A DNA stretch of 64,000 nucleotides from Octopus vulgaris (Eukaryota): contig OX597817.1 of the NCBI GenBank assembly GCA_951406725.2, positions 161,262,001-161,326,000 on the forward strand, written 5' to 3'. The translations under genes and the position numbers were made by a program. This document shows positions 14,181 through 26,765 of this stretch, in pieces. Numbering within the stretch: the first letter of the stretch is position 1; every line of letters begins with the position of its first letter. The notes under the pieces are model-generated. The model did not search any database and was not told the origin of the DNA. It worked only from the letters and a program-made list of their open reading frames with translations.

Positions 14181-14450
14181 ATCATCATCATCATCATCGT
14201 TTAACGTCCGCTTTCCATGCTAGCATGGGTTGGACGGTTCAACTGGGGACTGGGAAGCCCGAAGGCTGCACCAGGCCAGTCAGATCTGGCAGTGTTTCTA
14301 CAGCTGGATGCCCTTCCTAACGCCAACCACTCCGAGAGTGTAGTGGGTGATTTTATGTGCCACCGACACAGGTGCCAGACGAGGCTGGTGAACGGCCACG
14401 CTCGGATGGTGTTTTTTACGTGCCACCAGCACGGAGGCCAGTCAATGCGG
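14181..14450 (-). mobile_element. Family D retroposon
   Basis: (CAT)n-gtttaacgtccgctttccatgctagcatgggttggacgg consensus; CpG-rich, looks young. Confidence 0.9.
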
Positions 14451-14531
14451 TGTGAGTATGTATGTGTTGTACACATATATAGCAGTGTAAACTTGAGATT
14501 TGTATGCATACACATATAGCTGTGTAGTAAG

Positions 14532-14735
14532 AAGGCGGCGAGCTGGCAGAATCGTTAGCACGCCGGGCGAAATGCTTTGCGGTATTTCGTCTGCCATTAC
14601 GTTCCGAGTTCAAATTCCGCCAAGGTCGACTTTGCCTTTCGTCCTTTCGGGGTTGCCAGCCCTCAGTCAAAATCGCCCAACCCATGCTAGGATGAAAAGC
14701 GGATGTTAAATGATGATGATGATGATGATGGTGAT
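14532..14735 (+). mobile_element. Chimera: family A head/core fused to family D 3' end
   Basis: aaggcggcgagctggcagaatcg...cctttcggggttg joined to ccagccctcagtcaaaatcgcccaacccatgctagg...(GAT)n. Confidence 0.8.
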
Positions 14736-15280
14736 ATGAAATTCCCCTTTTTTTCAATTAATTTTGGGTGTTAATTTCTGAAATAATTAATTTCCAGTTT
14801 TATGGTTGAAAACTGAAAATATGTTGACTAGGTCAACCAGTGCATCACATCACACACATTCATGTATTCAGTTTGTGCATATGTATGTGTGTGTAGTCAT
14901 GAATGTGTATTTATATGAGTATGTGTGCATAGATATACGTGTGTGTGTGTCTAGTGTGTATATGTATATATATGTGTGTGTGTATCCACACAAATACGCA
15001 TCTACTTGTGCATCTATGAATACACTCCTATTTTCAATCTGTTATCTTCTCTCAAACTCCACCTCCTCCTCCTCCTCGCTCCCCACCACATCTATCACTG
15101 CATTGATGTATTTATTGATGTTATTTGATTACTTTCAATTGTCTGTGTGTCCTGATTGTCTCTTTGTCTCCTCCCATGTACCCAGCTGTTACCCACAGCA
15201 TTGTTGCCACTCCATATTGGACCTACACCACAACACCACCCCCAGCTAACCACTCCCATCAGTGGGCAATAGGGGGACTA

Positions 15281-16140
15281 AATCAATGAAAAAGCCACTG
15301 CATGTTCATTCAGTATGCTAGAAATAGCAGTCAAATTTTTATCAAATAATTTTTCAAAGAAATAGAATTAATGAAAGAGCCACTGCATGTTTACTCAGTA
15401 TGCTAGAAATAGCAGCCATATATCTATCAAATAATTTTGGGTGGGGCATAGAATTGATGAAACAGCCACTATATGTTCACTCTCTCTGCTAGAAATAGCA
15501 GCCAAATCAAATAATGTTTTGTAGGTATAAAATTGATGAAAGGGCCATTGCATGTTCACTCAGTATGCTAGAAATAGCAGCCAAATTTGGTGGGGGACAT
15601 AGAATTGATGAAAAAGCCTATGCTAGAAATAGCAGTCAAATCCCTTTCAAATAATTTTTGGCAGAAATAGAATCAATGAAAGAGTCATGGCATGTTCACT
15701 CAGTATGCTAGAAATAGCAGCCAAATCTCAAATAATTTGGTGGGGGACAGAATTGATGAAAGAGCCACGACGTATTCACCCTATGCTAGAAATAGCAGTC
15801 AAATCCCTATCAAATAATTTTTGGCAGAAATAGAATCAATGAAAGAGCCAAGGCATGTTCACTCAGTATGCTAGAAATAGCAGTCAAACTGCTATCAACA
15901 GAATCGATGAAAGAGCCATTGCATGTTCTCAGTATGCAAGAAATATCAACCAAATATCTATCAAATAATTTTGGTGGGGGACATAGAATTGATGAAAGAG
16001 CCATTGCATTTTCATTTAGTATGCTAGAAATAACTCAAATCTCTATCGAATAATTTTTGGAGGAAGTAGAATCAATGAAAGAGCCATTGCATGTTCACTC
16101 AGTATGCTAGAAACAGCTGCCAAATCTCTATCAAATAATT
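15281..16140. repeat. Minisatellite, about 11 units of about 68-86 bp
   Basis: Unit aat(t/c)(g/a)atgaaagagccactgcatgttcactcagtatgctagaaatagcagccaaat..tcaaataatt. Confidence 0.95.
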
Positions 16141-16297
16141 CCAATATCTTAATAAGTGATGTATCGTATAAAATAGTGTGTGATGTGCTACGTCTGAAAA
16201 AAATGAGACAGGCCAGATGACACTGGATTGTCTTTGATCATAGGTCTGCTTAATCAGTGCTGAATTGGGACTAAAAAGAAAAGAAGGAAAAAAGCGC

Positions 16298-16340
<43 letters not shown>

Positions 16341-16499
16341 GTGTGTACAGTGCTCAGGTGCACTACAACTCATCTAAAGTGTATATATAATCAGGTGTAG
16401 TTTCAGCGGATTTCGGAAAGCATGAGGGCCTACTGCTGTGGAGGGTAATGACACTTTTTAGTTGGGGCCTATGTTGTAACCCTAATGTCTAACGTAGTT

Positions 16500-16870
16500 G
16501 CCACCACCACCACCACCACCACCATCATCATCATCATTATCACTTTCATCGTCATCATCATCACCATCATCATCCTTACAACTATCATCTCTGTCATTAT
16601 CATCATCATTCCCACCACCACCATCATCATTACCACCACAATCATCATCATCATCGTTATGATCAATCACTATCTTCATCATCTCAATTATCATCATCAC
16701 TGTTATCATTAGCATCATGACATCATTCCACTAACACCTCAACATCACTAGCATTTCATCATCATCATTATCATCAGTTTCAATGACAGGATTATTATCT
16801 ATACTATGATAATTATTATGGTCATCAAAGTCACTCACAACATTTGATGATGGTAATGATGATGATGGCT
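16500..16870. repeat. Degenerate (CAT)/(CAC) repeat
   Basis: Direct reading. Confidence 0.85.
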
Positions 16871-16911
16871 GTTGTGATAGTTGTCACCATCCTCCTCCTC
16901 CTCTATATTGA

Positions 16912-18183
16912 TTTCAAATTTGGCACAAGGCCACCAATTTCGGGGTGGGGCTAGTGGGCTAGTCAATTACATCAACCCCAGTACTCAACTGGTACTTATT
17001 TTATTGACCCCCGAAAAGATGAAAAGCAAAATTGACCTCAGCAGAATTTGAACTTAGAATGTAAAGACAGACAGATCATCACCGTCAATATTGATTTTAA
17101 ATTTCGGCACAAGGCCAGTAATTTCAGGGAAGGGGGGGGGGTAGTTGATTATGTTGACCTCAGTTCTCAACTGGTACTTATTTGAAAGTAATCAAATAAC
17201 ATCTGAAAGAATGGAAAGCAAAGTTGACCTTGGTATATTTTCAGCCCAAAACGTAAAGATCTAGAAACACTGAATAATAATGGTTTCAAATTTTGCCACA
17301 AGGGCAGCAATTTGGTGGGAGAGAGATAGTTGATTACATTGAACCCAGTATTTGGCTGGTACTTAATTTATTGACCCCAAAAGGATGAAAGGCAAAGTCA
17401 ACCTCGGCAGAATTTGAACTCAGAACATAGTGACAGACGAAATATTGCCAAGCACTTCGCCCGGCATGCTAACGATTCTGCCAGCTCACCACTTTAATAA
17501 TAATAATAATGATGGTTTCAAATTTTGCCACAAGGGCAACGATTTTTGGGGAGGGTGATAGTCGATTACATCGATCCCACTGTGTGACTGGTACTTAATT
17601 TCTCAACCCCGAAAGGATGAAAGGCAAAATCAACTTTGGCGGAATTTGAACTCAGAACATTGCAGCAGACAAAATACTGCTAAGTATTTTTCCCCGGTGT
17701 GCTAACAACTCTGCCAGCTTGCCACCTTAAGAAACACTGAATAATAATTTTTTATTTCTTTATTGCCCACAAGGGGCTAAACATAGAGATTAAGTCGATT
17801 ACATCGACCCAGTGCGTAACTGGTATTTGATTTATCGACCCTGAAAGGATGAAAGACAAAGTCAACCTCGGCAGAATTTGAACTCAGAACGTAATGGCAG
17901 ACGAAATACCGCTAAACATTTCGCCTGGCATCCTAACGATTCTGCCAGCTCGCTGCCCAATAATAATAATAGTAATAATTTCTGCTCTCGATACAAGGCC
18001 AGCAATTTTGGAGGAGGTGGGGCTAGTTAATTACATCAATCTGGTACTTATTTTATCATCCCCAAAAGGATGAAAGATAAAGTTGACCTCAGCAGAACTT
18101 GAACTCAGAACCTGAAGATGGATGAAATACTGCTAAGCCTGTATTTTACCCAGCACGCTAGCGATTCTGCCAGCTCACTGCCT
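16912..18183 (-). mobile_element. Cluster of six co-oriented family A SINEs
   Basis: Six occurrences of the ctggta(c/t)tt core; 19-bp direct repeat agaaacactgaataataat at 17263-17281 and 17730-17748. Confidence 0.9.
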
Positions 18184-19095
18184 TTCCCATCATCCTCTGA
18201 TTTCTGTTTGATGATGATGCTAAGGGACCAATTCTCCCTTTTGTCTGCCCATTAGAAACTGACCTGCATGGTCTTATGTGTAGTGGGAGGGACAGGCTTC
18301 TGTGAACCCTCTTCTCCTCCCCTTGTAACTCCACTCAGAGTCAGTCACTTTTATCTTCCTTTGTGATGGCGCAGAGGGGAGTGTATAAACAATATGTAGT
18401 TGTTTGTTGTTGGTGGTGGTGGGGTGGCCCTCTCTCCTTCCTTTCTTCTATTTACTACTCTTCCTTTTCCTCATTCCTTATTCTCTCCTATGGTCTTTCT
18501 CCACTACACTCACATACACACACTCCACTTATACACATTCACAAATACCTGCTATCTCACATACACACTCACTCTTTCTCTCTCACTCTCTCGCAAACAC
18601 ACATGCACACACACAAAACTCCCTCTCACATATACACACACATACACATCAGGTAAGCCATGAATCACTAGACCCACCCCTAAACAAGTGTATACTTCTG
18701 TTAAGATAAGAATTTCTGTGTTCCCTATTTTCGCATGCTGTTGAGGTAATAGGCTTCTCTTATATGAACACACACACACACACACAAATACTGATTAAAC
18801 CTGCTTTGACACACCTGAATCTAATCAATTGTCGATATGTGTGTGTGTATGTGTGTGTATGTGTGAATGAGAGAGAGACAGACAGACAGACGGACATTGA
18901 GAGTGCGTTTTTATATCATGCATGTGTACACACATAAGAATACGTACAAAAATAAATACAAAGTAGTTTTTTTGTACTAAAGCATAAGTTGTTTAGTAAT
19001 TTGTGTGCACTCTGTATTACGACTTCTATGTCTGTCTGAGTGTGTGTGTGTTTGTGTATGTATATAGGTGTATGTGTATACACACACACACAGAG

Positions 19096-19312
19096 GTAGA
19101 TGGATAGATAGATAGATAGATACATGGATAGATAGATAGATACATGGACAGATAGATAGATGGATAGATAGATGGATAAATAGATAGATCGATAGAGAGA
19201 TGGATAGATAGATGGATAGAGAGATGGATAGATAGATAGATAGATAGATAGATAGACAGATAGATTGATAGCTCGATAGATAGGTAAGTAGGTAGGCAGG
19301 TAGGTAGATAGA
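19096..19312. repeat. (GATA)/(GGAT)/(GGTA) tetranucleotide repeat
   Basis: Direct reading. Confidence 0.95.
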
Positions 19313-19411
19313 TGTACACATATTCATTCATGTGTATATATATATATATATATCATCATCATTTAACGTCTGCTTTCCATGCTAGCATGGGTTGGATGAT
19401 TTGACTGAGGA

Positions 19412-19451
<40 letters not shown>

Positions 19452-20196
19452 TACATATATACACAAACACACATACGTACATATATACATACACATAAGC
19501 ATAAATATCTCTATGGTTGCTTGTAGTGATTGTGTTAATGGATATTTATGTATTAATATATGTGTGTGTGTATATTTCTGTAGATATATTAGTAGTAAGC
19601 ATGAGTGAGTGTTTAGAGAGAGTGTGTATGTATGTAAAGCAAGAGAGACAGAGAGAGGGGGGGAAGAGGAAGTGGGAAGTGAGAGCTTGTGTGTGCATGC
19701 ACACTCATGGAGGGAGAGTAAAAAGGAGAGTGTGAAGGGAGTGTGTATGCTTCAGTAAAGAGAATGAAAGAGAAAGTTGGAGGGGGTGGGTGGGCGGGTG
19801 ACTGTAGTGATACTGTGGCAGCAACAAGTGGTGGTGGCGGTGGTTCGGCCAGGGGTGGAGGGTGGGGGTTGTTCAGGTGGAACATTACTGTATGCTAGTT
19901 ATCAGGAGAGTAGAAGGGTATGGGTGTATGCGAACAAGTGTTGAGGGCAGGGGCCTAACAAAGCATCACACATACATGCACATATGTGCATGTATGTGCA
20001 TATATACATACACCTCATGCACATCAAAACGCAGGCATGCAAACATGAACAAACAAGCATACATTTATCCATGTATGCATACATACATACATACATACAT
20101 GTATGCAAAGATATATATATATATATACATGTGCATACATATATATTCAGTCATACAAGCACATGCACACTCACACACACATATACATACATATAT

Positions 20197-20401
20197 TCTT
20201 TTCTACTCTAGGCACAAGGCCTGAAATCTTGGGGGAGGGAGCCAGTTGATTAGATCGACCCCAGTATGCAATTGGTACTTAATTTATTGACCCTGAAAGA
20301 AAGAAACACAAAGTCGATCTTGGCGGAATTTGAACTCAGAATGTAAAGACAGAAGAAATACCACTAAGCATTTCGCTAGCATTTCTGCCAACTCGCCACC
20401 T
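20197..20401 (-). mobile_element. Family A SINE
   Basis: Consensus match, tail variant ...cttgtgcctagagtagaaaagaata. Confidence 0.85.
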
Positions 20402-20428
20402 TTTACACATAAACATATATTCACACAT

Positions 20429-20694
20429 GTGGAGGCGCAATGGTCTAGCGGTTAGGGCAGCGGACTCGCGGTCGTAGGATCGCGGTTTCGATTCCCAGAC
20501 CGGGCATTGTGAGTGTTTATTGAGCGAAAACACCTAAAGCTCCGTGAGGCTCCAGCAGGGGGTGGTGGCGATCCCTGCTGTACTCTTTCGCCACAACTTT
20601 CTCTCACTCTTTCTTCTGTTGGCCTGCTCGCTTAGCCAGCGGGGTGGCATCATTTGAAGGCTAAAACAATGTGAAGCGCATTGTGACCAGCGAT
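20429..20694 (+). mobile_element. Family C SINE, head + B1 + tail T3 (3' truncated)
   Basis: tRNA-like head ggaggcgcaatggtctagcggttagggcagcggactcgcggtcgtaggatcgcggtttcgattccc. Confidence 0.9.
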
Positions 20695-20772
20695 ATAAGA
20701 ATTTATCAAGTAGTTAGCGGGAAAAACCTTATAAGAGAAAAAAATCCCCCAATTTCTTCACTTAAATATATA

Positions 20773-20891
20773 TATTTATATTATATAGAGGGCATTGCTA
20801 TACATAAATGCCACACGCTAATTTTGACTTTAAGAGTCCCTCCTAACGTGTGGCATTTATGTATAGTAATGCCCTCTATATAATATAAATA
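20773..20891. repeat. Near-perfect inverted repeat, 45-bp arms
   Basis: tatttatattatatagagggcattgctatacataaatgccacacg / cgtgtggcatttatgtatagtaatgccctctatataatataaata; one mismatch (G.U on +). Confidence 0.95.
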
Positions 20892-21517
20892 AATATATAT
20901 ATATATACACACACGCACATGTATGCATAAATATATATATACATATTCATACACATGTATATATAAACATACATACATGTATGTATGCATACATACATAC
21001 ATATATACATACATATCTATGTGTGTGCATGTACAAACATTCTTATGAGCACTATCCTTAATTACTGTCATACCATCACACTTGCACAGTCACAAAAACA
21101 CATACACACGCATGCACTAAAAACACACCGGAACATATCTTTTTCCTCTTTTCCTTCCTTTTCTTGATGCAGTCTTACAAATTCAGGTCTACGAGCTAAT
21201 GCCAGAGTTTGACTTGAGAGATAATAGCCAACACTCCCTCAAGTCACACCTTGTCCTCTTGAAAGAAGAATGTACTAAATGTTTGTGGTCCTGGGTTCGA
21301 AGCATATATAGAGGAAAAATTGGGTGGTCATGGTTGGAGCGCCTTTGGTCAGAAGTCTGCTTGATCTGGGCTGAGCTGGGACAAAACAGTAAAAAAAATT
21401 TAAAAAAAAGAAACCTCCTTGTCTCCCTCCCTCTAACCTCCTACAGCCATGATTTGGTGTGTGAGTCACTGCGATACTCTCCCGCCCATATTCAATCACC
21501 AGCCTTTAAAGTAAAGC

Positions 21518-22102
21518 TGGTGGTGGTGGCGGTGGCAGTGGTGGTGGTGGTGGTGGTGGTAGCGGCGATGGTGATGGTGGTGGTGGTGGTGGTAGCAGCA
21601 ATGGTGGTGGTGGTGGTTGTGGTGGTGGTGGTGGTGGTGGTGGTGGTGGTGGTGGTGGTGGTGGTGGTGGTAGCGGCGATGGTGATGGTGGTGGTGGTGG
21701 TGGTGGTAGCAGCAATGGTGGTGGTAGCAGTAATGGTGATGGTGATGGTGGTGGTGGTGGTGGTGGTGGTGGTAGCGGTGATGGTGATGGTGGTGGTGGT
21801 GGTGGTAGCAGCAATGGTGGTGGTGGTGGTGGTGGTAGCGGTGATGGTGGTGGTGGTGGTGGTGGTGGTGGTAGCAGCAATGGTGGTGGTAGCAGTAATG
21901 GTGATGGTGGTGGTGGTGGTGGTGGTAGCAGCAATGGTGGTGGTAGCAGTAATGGTGGTGGTAGCAGTAATGGTGATGGTGGTGGTGGTGGTGGTGGTGG
22001 TGGTGGTAGCGGCGATGGTGATGGTGGTGGTAGCAGCAATGGTGATGGTGGTGGTGGTGGTGGTGGTAGCAGCGATGGTGGTGTGGGTGGGAGTGGTGGT
22101 GG
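21518..22102. repeat. (GGT)n microsatellite with gtagc(a/g)gc(a/g)atg variants
   Basis: Direct reading; explains the poly-V/P/H ORFs. Confidence 0.95.
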
Positions 22103-22844
22103 CAGAGGGGGGGAGCAGTGGAAATAGATCTTACCTGGCAGTATTGTTCCACCACCATCACCACCACCACCTCATTACTACCCCACCCTACCAAATTCCC
22201 TCTCAAACCAATGAGAAAAATAACCTCCATGTAGTCGCTGGACATGCTTAAAATAGCACACAAATCTCCCTTGATTTACACTCGTCTGTTTTAAAACAAG
22301 AAGAACATTAAATAGTACATATCTAGAATAGCAGGTAAACCCAACAAATATCAGGGCCCAACCTTCAAATCGTTTTATGAAATATTTTTGTCCACCCACC
22401 TCTTAATAAGGAGAAGACAAAACAGGGTTTGCAGATGTGGCTGTGTGGTTAAAAGGCTCACTTTTAGGTTCAATTCTATTGCATGGCAGGCAAATTTGGT
22501 AGATAGAAACTGTGTGTATATTTGTCCCCTCTGTGTTTAGCCCCTTGTGAGCAATAAAAAAATAAGAAACTGTGTGTGTGTGTGTGTGTTTTTCTGTCTG
22601 TGTTTGTCCCCCACCCCACCACCACCACCACTTGACAACCATTGTTGGTTTGTTTACACCCTTCTAACTTTGCAGTTTGGCAAAAGAATGCTATAGATTA
22701 ATTACTAGACTTTGAAAGGGAAAAGATAAGCACTGGGGTCTATATTGTTTGACTAAACCCTTCTAGGTGGTGCTCCAGCATGGCTGATATCCAATGCCTG
22801 AAACAAGTTGCATGTAAAATTTTTCGTTCTGTTATTATTTTATT

Positions 22845-23050
22845 CTTTCATTTGTTTCAGTCATTTGATTGCAGCCATGCTGGTGCACCACCTTTAGTCG
22901 AACAAATTGGCTAGCACTTATCTTTTGTAGACCTAGTACTTATTCTATCGGTCACTTTTGCCAAACTGCTAAGTTACGGGCATGTAAACACACCAAGATT
23001 GGTTGTCAAGTGATGGTAGGAGTACAAACAGACATACAAGCATATACATA

Positions 23051-23127
<77 letters not shown>

Positions 23128-24318
23128 TAGCATTATAACCCGGCGTTGCCGGGTCATAGTGCTAGTTTGGTATAAATTTGTTAAATTAAAAATTTGGGGT
23201 AATAAAACATACAATGATGTATTAAAAAGACGAATTAAAATTCCAGAGAAAAATACATAGAAGATAAATATACAAATTTACAAAAATACATAAAAGTTCA
23301 TCTATGGGCCGTTTCAGAGATGCATCAATTAATATGAAACATCATATATTTAAAATTGACTCTCCCCTCGTCAGGATGTTTTTTACACACAACATATAGT
23401 ACATGGAAACAAATGCACAATTACATACCTGCTACATGCGAAAGACCAGACATTACGTACTCCCAAAATTTCTCATAGATACTGAATGCTACTTTATAAG
23501 CATATAATTCAATCTAGCAGCTATAGTAAATTATATGCGCACAGCTCCATCTGGACTAATTCACTTCTGCACTCAATTAAATTTTTCATCTTTTAATTTC
23601 TCCTATTCATGCAAAGCCACATATTCGAGTTCAAGTCCTTAATACATTTTATACTAATTGCTATTTTTTCTTTTAATTGTTATATTACAATTTAATTACC
23701 ATTTTAATAAAATATATTTAATTACTACTTACTATATTTACTATATTTAATTCAATTGTTATTATTACCTCTAACTTTTATTGCAATTTTTATTTCTAAA
23801 TTTCTTATGGAACGTCGAGTGGATCTTATGCGTACAATATATTTTTATATGATGTTTATATATTTCCAAATGTCGGGCTTTATGTCTGTTCTGTATATAT
23901 AAATGAATATATGAATATATGCATGTGTTTGATCTTTCTGTGGATTTTGTAGTGCTTTTGTAGTTGCTGCTCACATTGCCTCCCCTCGGATTAAAAAGTG
24001 TATACAGCTCATTTGAGCACTACTGATCCAGTCTGTTATATATTTTGAGCATTGTTGTCACTAACGATCTCAAGATATAACTTTATATTTTGTAATATAT
24101 ATATATATATATCCCTCTCTCTCTCTCTTTTGGAGAGGCACTGAGCAGCTATACGCACACATACACACACAGCAGTAACTTCTGCCTACCGAATTCAATC
24201 ACAAAGCTTCGGTTGACTCGGGACTATAGTGGAAGACACCTACCCAAAGTGCCACGCAGTGGGACTGAACCCAAAACCATGTAGCTAGGAAGTAAGCTCC
24301 CTAACCACACAGCCATAC

Positions 24319-24378
<60 letters not shown>

Positions 24379-24790
24379 CATATACATACAATAGAGAGAT
24401 GTTTTTGTTTCACTTTTAACACGTAATACTGAAATAGTAGAGAAGATATGATACTGCTGTGGGCTCGCTCTAGGCAAGAAGTTAAAGATTTTTTTTGCCG
24501 ATGACACTCCCCGGACCCTAAGTAATGCATGTGTGAAATTTGAATGAAATTGGTTGCGTAGTTATCAAGTTTTAGGGAAACACACAGACAGACACACATT
24601 CTCAGTTTTATATATATAGAGAGAGATATAAGGCTTCTTTCAGTTTCTGTCTAACAAATCCACTCACAAGGCTTTGGTTGACCCGAGGCTATAGTAGGAG
24701 ACACTTGCCCAATGTGCCACATAGTAGGACTGAACCCAGAACCATGTATTTGGTAAGCAAGTTACTTATGACACAGCCACTCCTGCACCT
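22845..24790 (-). mobile_element. Family B SINE split by a Helitron insertion
   Basis: Tail half 22845-23045 and head half 24630-24790 join into a consensus copy. Confidence 0.8.
23127..24626 (-). mobile_element. Non-autonomous Helitron
   Basis: Minus strand: 5' TC..tatatataaaactgagaatgtgtgtctgtctg; 3' hairpin acccggcaacgccgggt (23138-23154) then CTAG (23127-23130) followed by T. Confidence 0.7.
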
Positions 24791-25392
24791 AGTCCATGAT
24801 TTCTCAGAAATATGATTGGGAAAGCCAACTTAATTTTATTAAATATTGTGATTTGTGTTCCCTCTTTGCTGTCCTCAAAAGTTTGGGGATGGTGACTGGT
24901 TCTTCCTATGAGAAGCCTTAGTTTAGGTACACTTTGGTTTAAAAAAAAATGGAAGACAGGGTGGTCACAAGTGGAATGCCTTTGATCATAAGTTTGCTCA
25001 ATCAGAGTTAGTTTGTTCTGAAACGGCCCTGTCATTAGTAGCCTGTGAGAGAACTGGTTACAAAGTAGCAATGAAACACTTATGATCTACTCAGCACTCC
25101 TGTCACCTGCTGCAATAAACCACACTATTCCCTCTTTGTTTCCCTTTTTCTTTCCATCACTCCTCTTTCTCCACTCCTCTCTGTCCATGGAACATATTCT
25201 AAACAAAAATGAGCTTAAAAGAACAACTCAGAGTTGTTGTGGCATGTATTTGAATAATATAGACCAGTGTTTCTCAATCTTTTTACCCTTGTGTAACCCT
25301 TAAAATACAAAAAAAATCTCAAGGAACCCTGCACAAAAAAAAAATTATATACCATATCTTTCTCATATTTTTTTCATTGTAGTTCATGTGGT

Positions 25393-25395
<3 letters not shown>

Positions 25396-25423
<28 letters not shown>

Positions 25424-25605
25424 ACGTCCGTTTTCCGCGCTAGCACGGGTTGGACGGTTCGACCAGGGTCTGGGAAGCCAGGGGCTGCACCAGGCTCCAG
25501 TCTGATCTGGCAGAGTTTCTACAGCTTGATGCCCTTCCTAACGCCAACCACTCCGCGAGTGTAGTGGGTGCTTTTTACGTGCCACCGGCACAGGTGCCAG
25601 GGGGG
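25396..25605 (-). mobile_element. Family D retroposon
   Basis: Consensus match. Confidence 0.85.
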
Positions 25606-25631
25606 ATCATATATAATTACATATATATATC

Positions 25632-25867
25632 GTGAAGTATATTTGCCACTTAAATGTGGCTAACCCTTAAGGGTGGATGCTACTGTAGCTTGTTGCCCCA
25701 GGAGGACATATCTTCCAGCTGGCTATTGACACATTTTCTGTGCCTTATCAGTATTTGCAAAGAGAAGCCATCCTTCCCACCTTCAACCTGACATGATACA
25801 CACAGACCCGAGTTTCTTCATGATGTCATGGTGCAGCTACTGTTTATACCTCGCTCAGAGATTTATT
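25632..25867 (+). mobile_element. Unclassified short retroposon
   Basis: Rearranged second copy at 60878-61034. Confidence 0.7.
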
Positions 25868-25879
25868 GCGTATATTCTT

Positions 25880-25956
25880 CTCAATCCTTTTTGCCCCTTG
25901 TGGAGCATAGGGCCTCAACAGTTGTTTTCCACTTTTTGTGGTCCTTGGCATGCTTC
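25880..25956 (-). mobile_element. RTE-clade LINE extreme 3' fragment
   Basis: Translates KHAKDHKKWKTTVEALCSTRGKKD*, matching the RTE C-terminal pattern A.DR..W...V.ALCS. Confidence 0.65.
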
Positions 25957-26099
25957 TTCATCATCATCATCATGTACTTTATCATGTAATCATTATCATT
26001 ATTTGCTATCATCCACATCACACATTGGTCAAATATGCTCCAATATCCATGTTACCTTGCATTGTGTGAAACTAATATATTCTATTAGAAGACCTAGAA

Positions 26100-26450
26100 A
26101 CTCTATAGAATGTCTGTAGAACGTCTAGCACTTCTTGGCAATGTATGAAATAACCATACTTCATTCTAACTTTATATAATTTGTCTGGGGATTTTAATAG
26201 AAAGTCTTGGTGTTTGATAGAATGAATGTTTACTGATTTTTGGCAAAGTATGAAATAATTATATTTTATTCTAAGTGTATATACTCTATCTACAGATTTT
26301 AAATTAGCATTTTGGTAGTCTATAGAATTTGAATATCTAGAATTTTTGGCCAAGTATGAAATAAGCCTGTTTCTTTCTGATCTTGTTATATATACTTTGT
26401 CTAGGGAATATAATAGAATGATCAGCCATTCTATGGAAAGTCTAGCATTT
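26100..26450. repeat. Degenerate tandem repeat, period about 105 bp, about 3 units
   Basis: ttggc...gtatgaaataa recurs near 26135, 26240 and 26346. Confidence 0.7.
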
Positions 26451-26554
26451 GGGGTAAAATTGTGATGTAACAGACAAAAGGGGTTGAACAGTTTATCCAT
26501 CCATTCAACCATATATCCTCTCTGTCCACTATTCCTTGAAGGCTTGTGGGGTTG

Positions 26555-26765
26555 TTTAGAGTCCTCAGACACCTCCTCCCTAGGTCATCTCAGAAGCAAC
26601 TGCCATTACACTTTTTGGATGGATTCCCAAACATGACCAACTGAAACTATGGATATTATCCAACATCTCGTTCTTGATCTACCACTAGGTCTTCTGCCAT
26701 TTGATTCAGCTTGCACAATTCTTTCTAATCACATGCCTGTTGTACCAGCGCTATGACCTGTCAAT
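26555..26765 (-). mobile_element. RTE (Rex3/Expander-like) LINE 3' ORF remnant
   Basis: Frameshifted RIVQAESNGRRPSGRSRTR / LDNIHSFSWSCLGIHPKSV; homologous to 40975-41162. Confidence 0.7.

Noticed and set aside
15281-16140. CRISPR-like array
   Set aside because: Inter-repeat segments are homologous to each other, context is eukaryotic and no cas genes are present
18380-18660. Possible 5' UTR exon ending CAG|GTAAGC
   Set aside because: Only a donor-like motif within low-complexity sequence; insufficient support
21199-22263. 350-aa poly-Val, poly-Pro and poly-His ORFs
   Set aside because: (GGT)n repeat; the N-terminal part is a family E repeat
26072-26572. 166-aa ORF with internal repeats
   Set aside because: Arises from a degenerate 105-bp tandem repeat plus an RTE end; no recognisable domain
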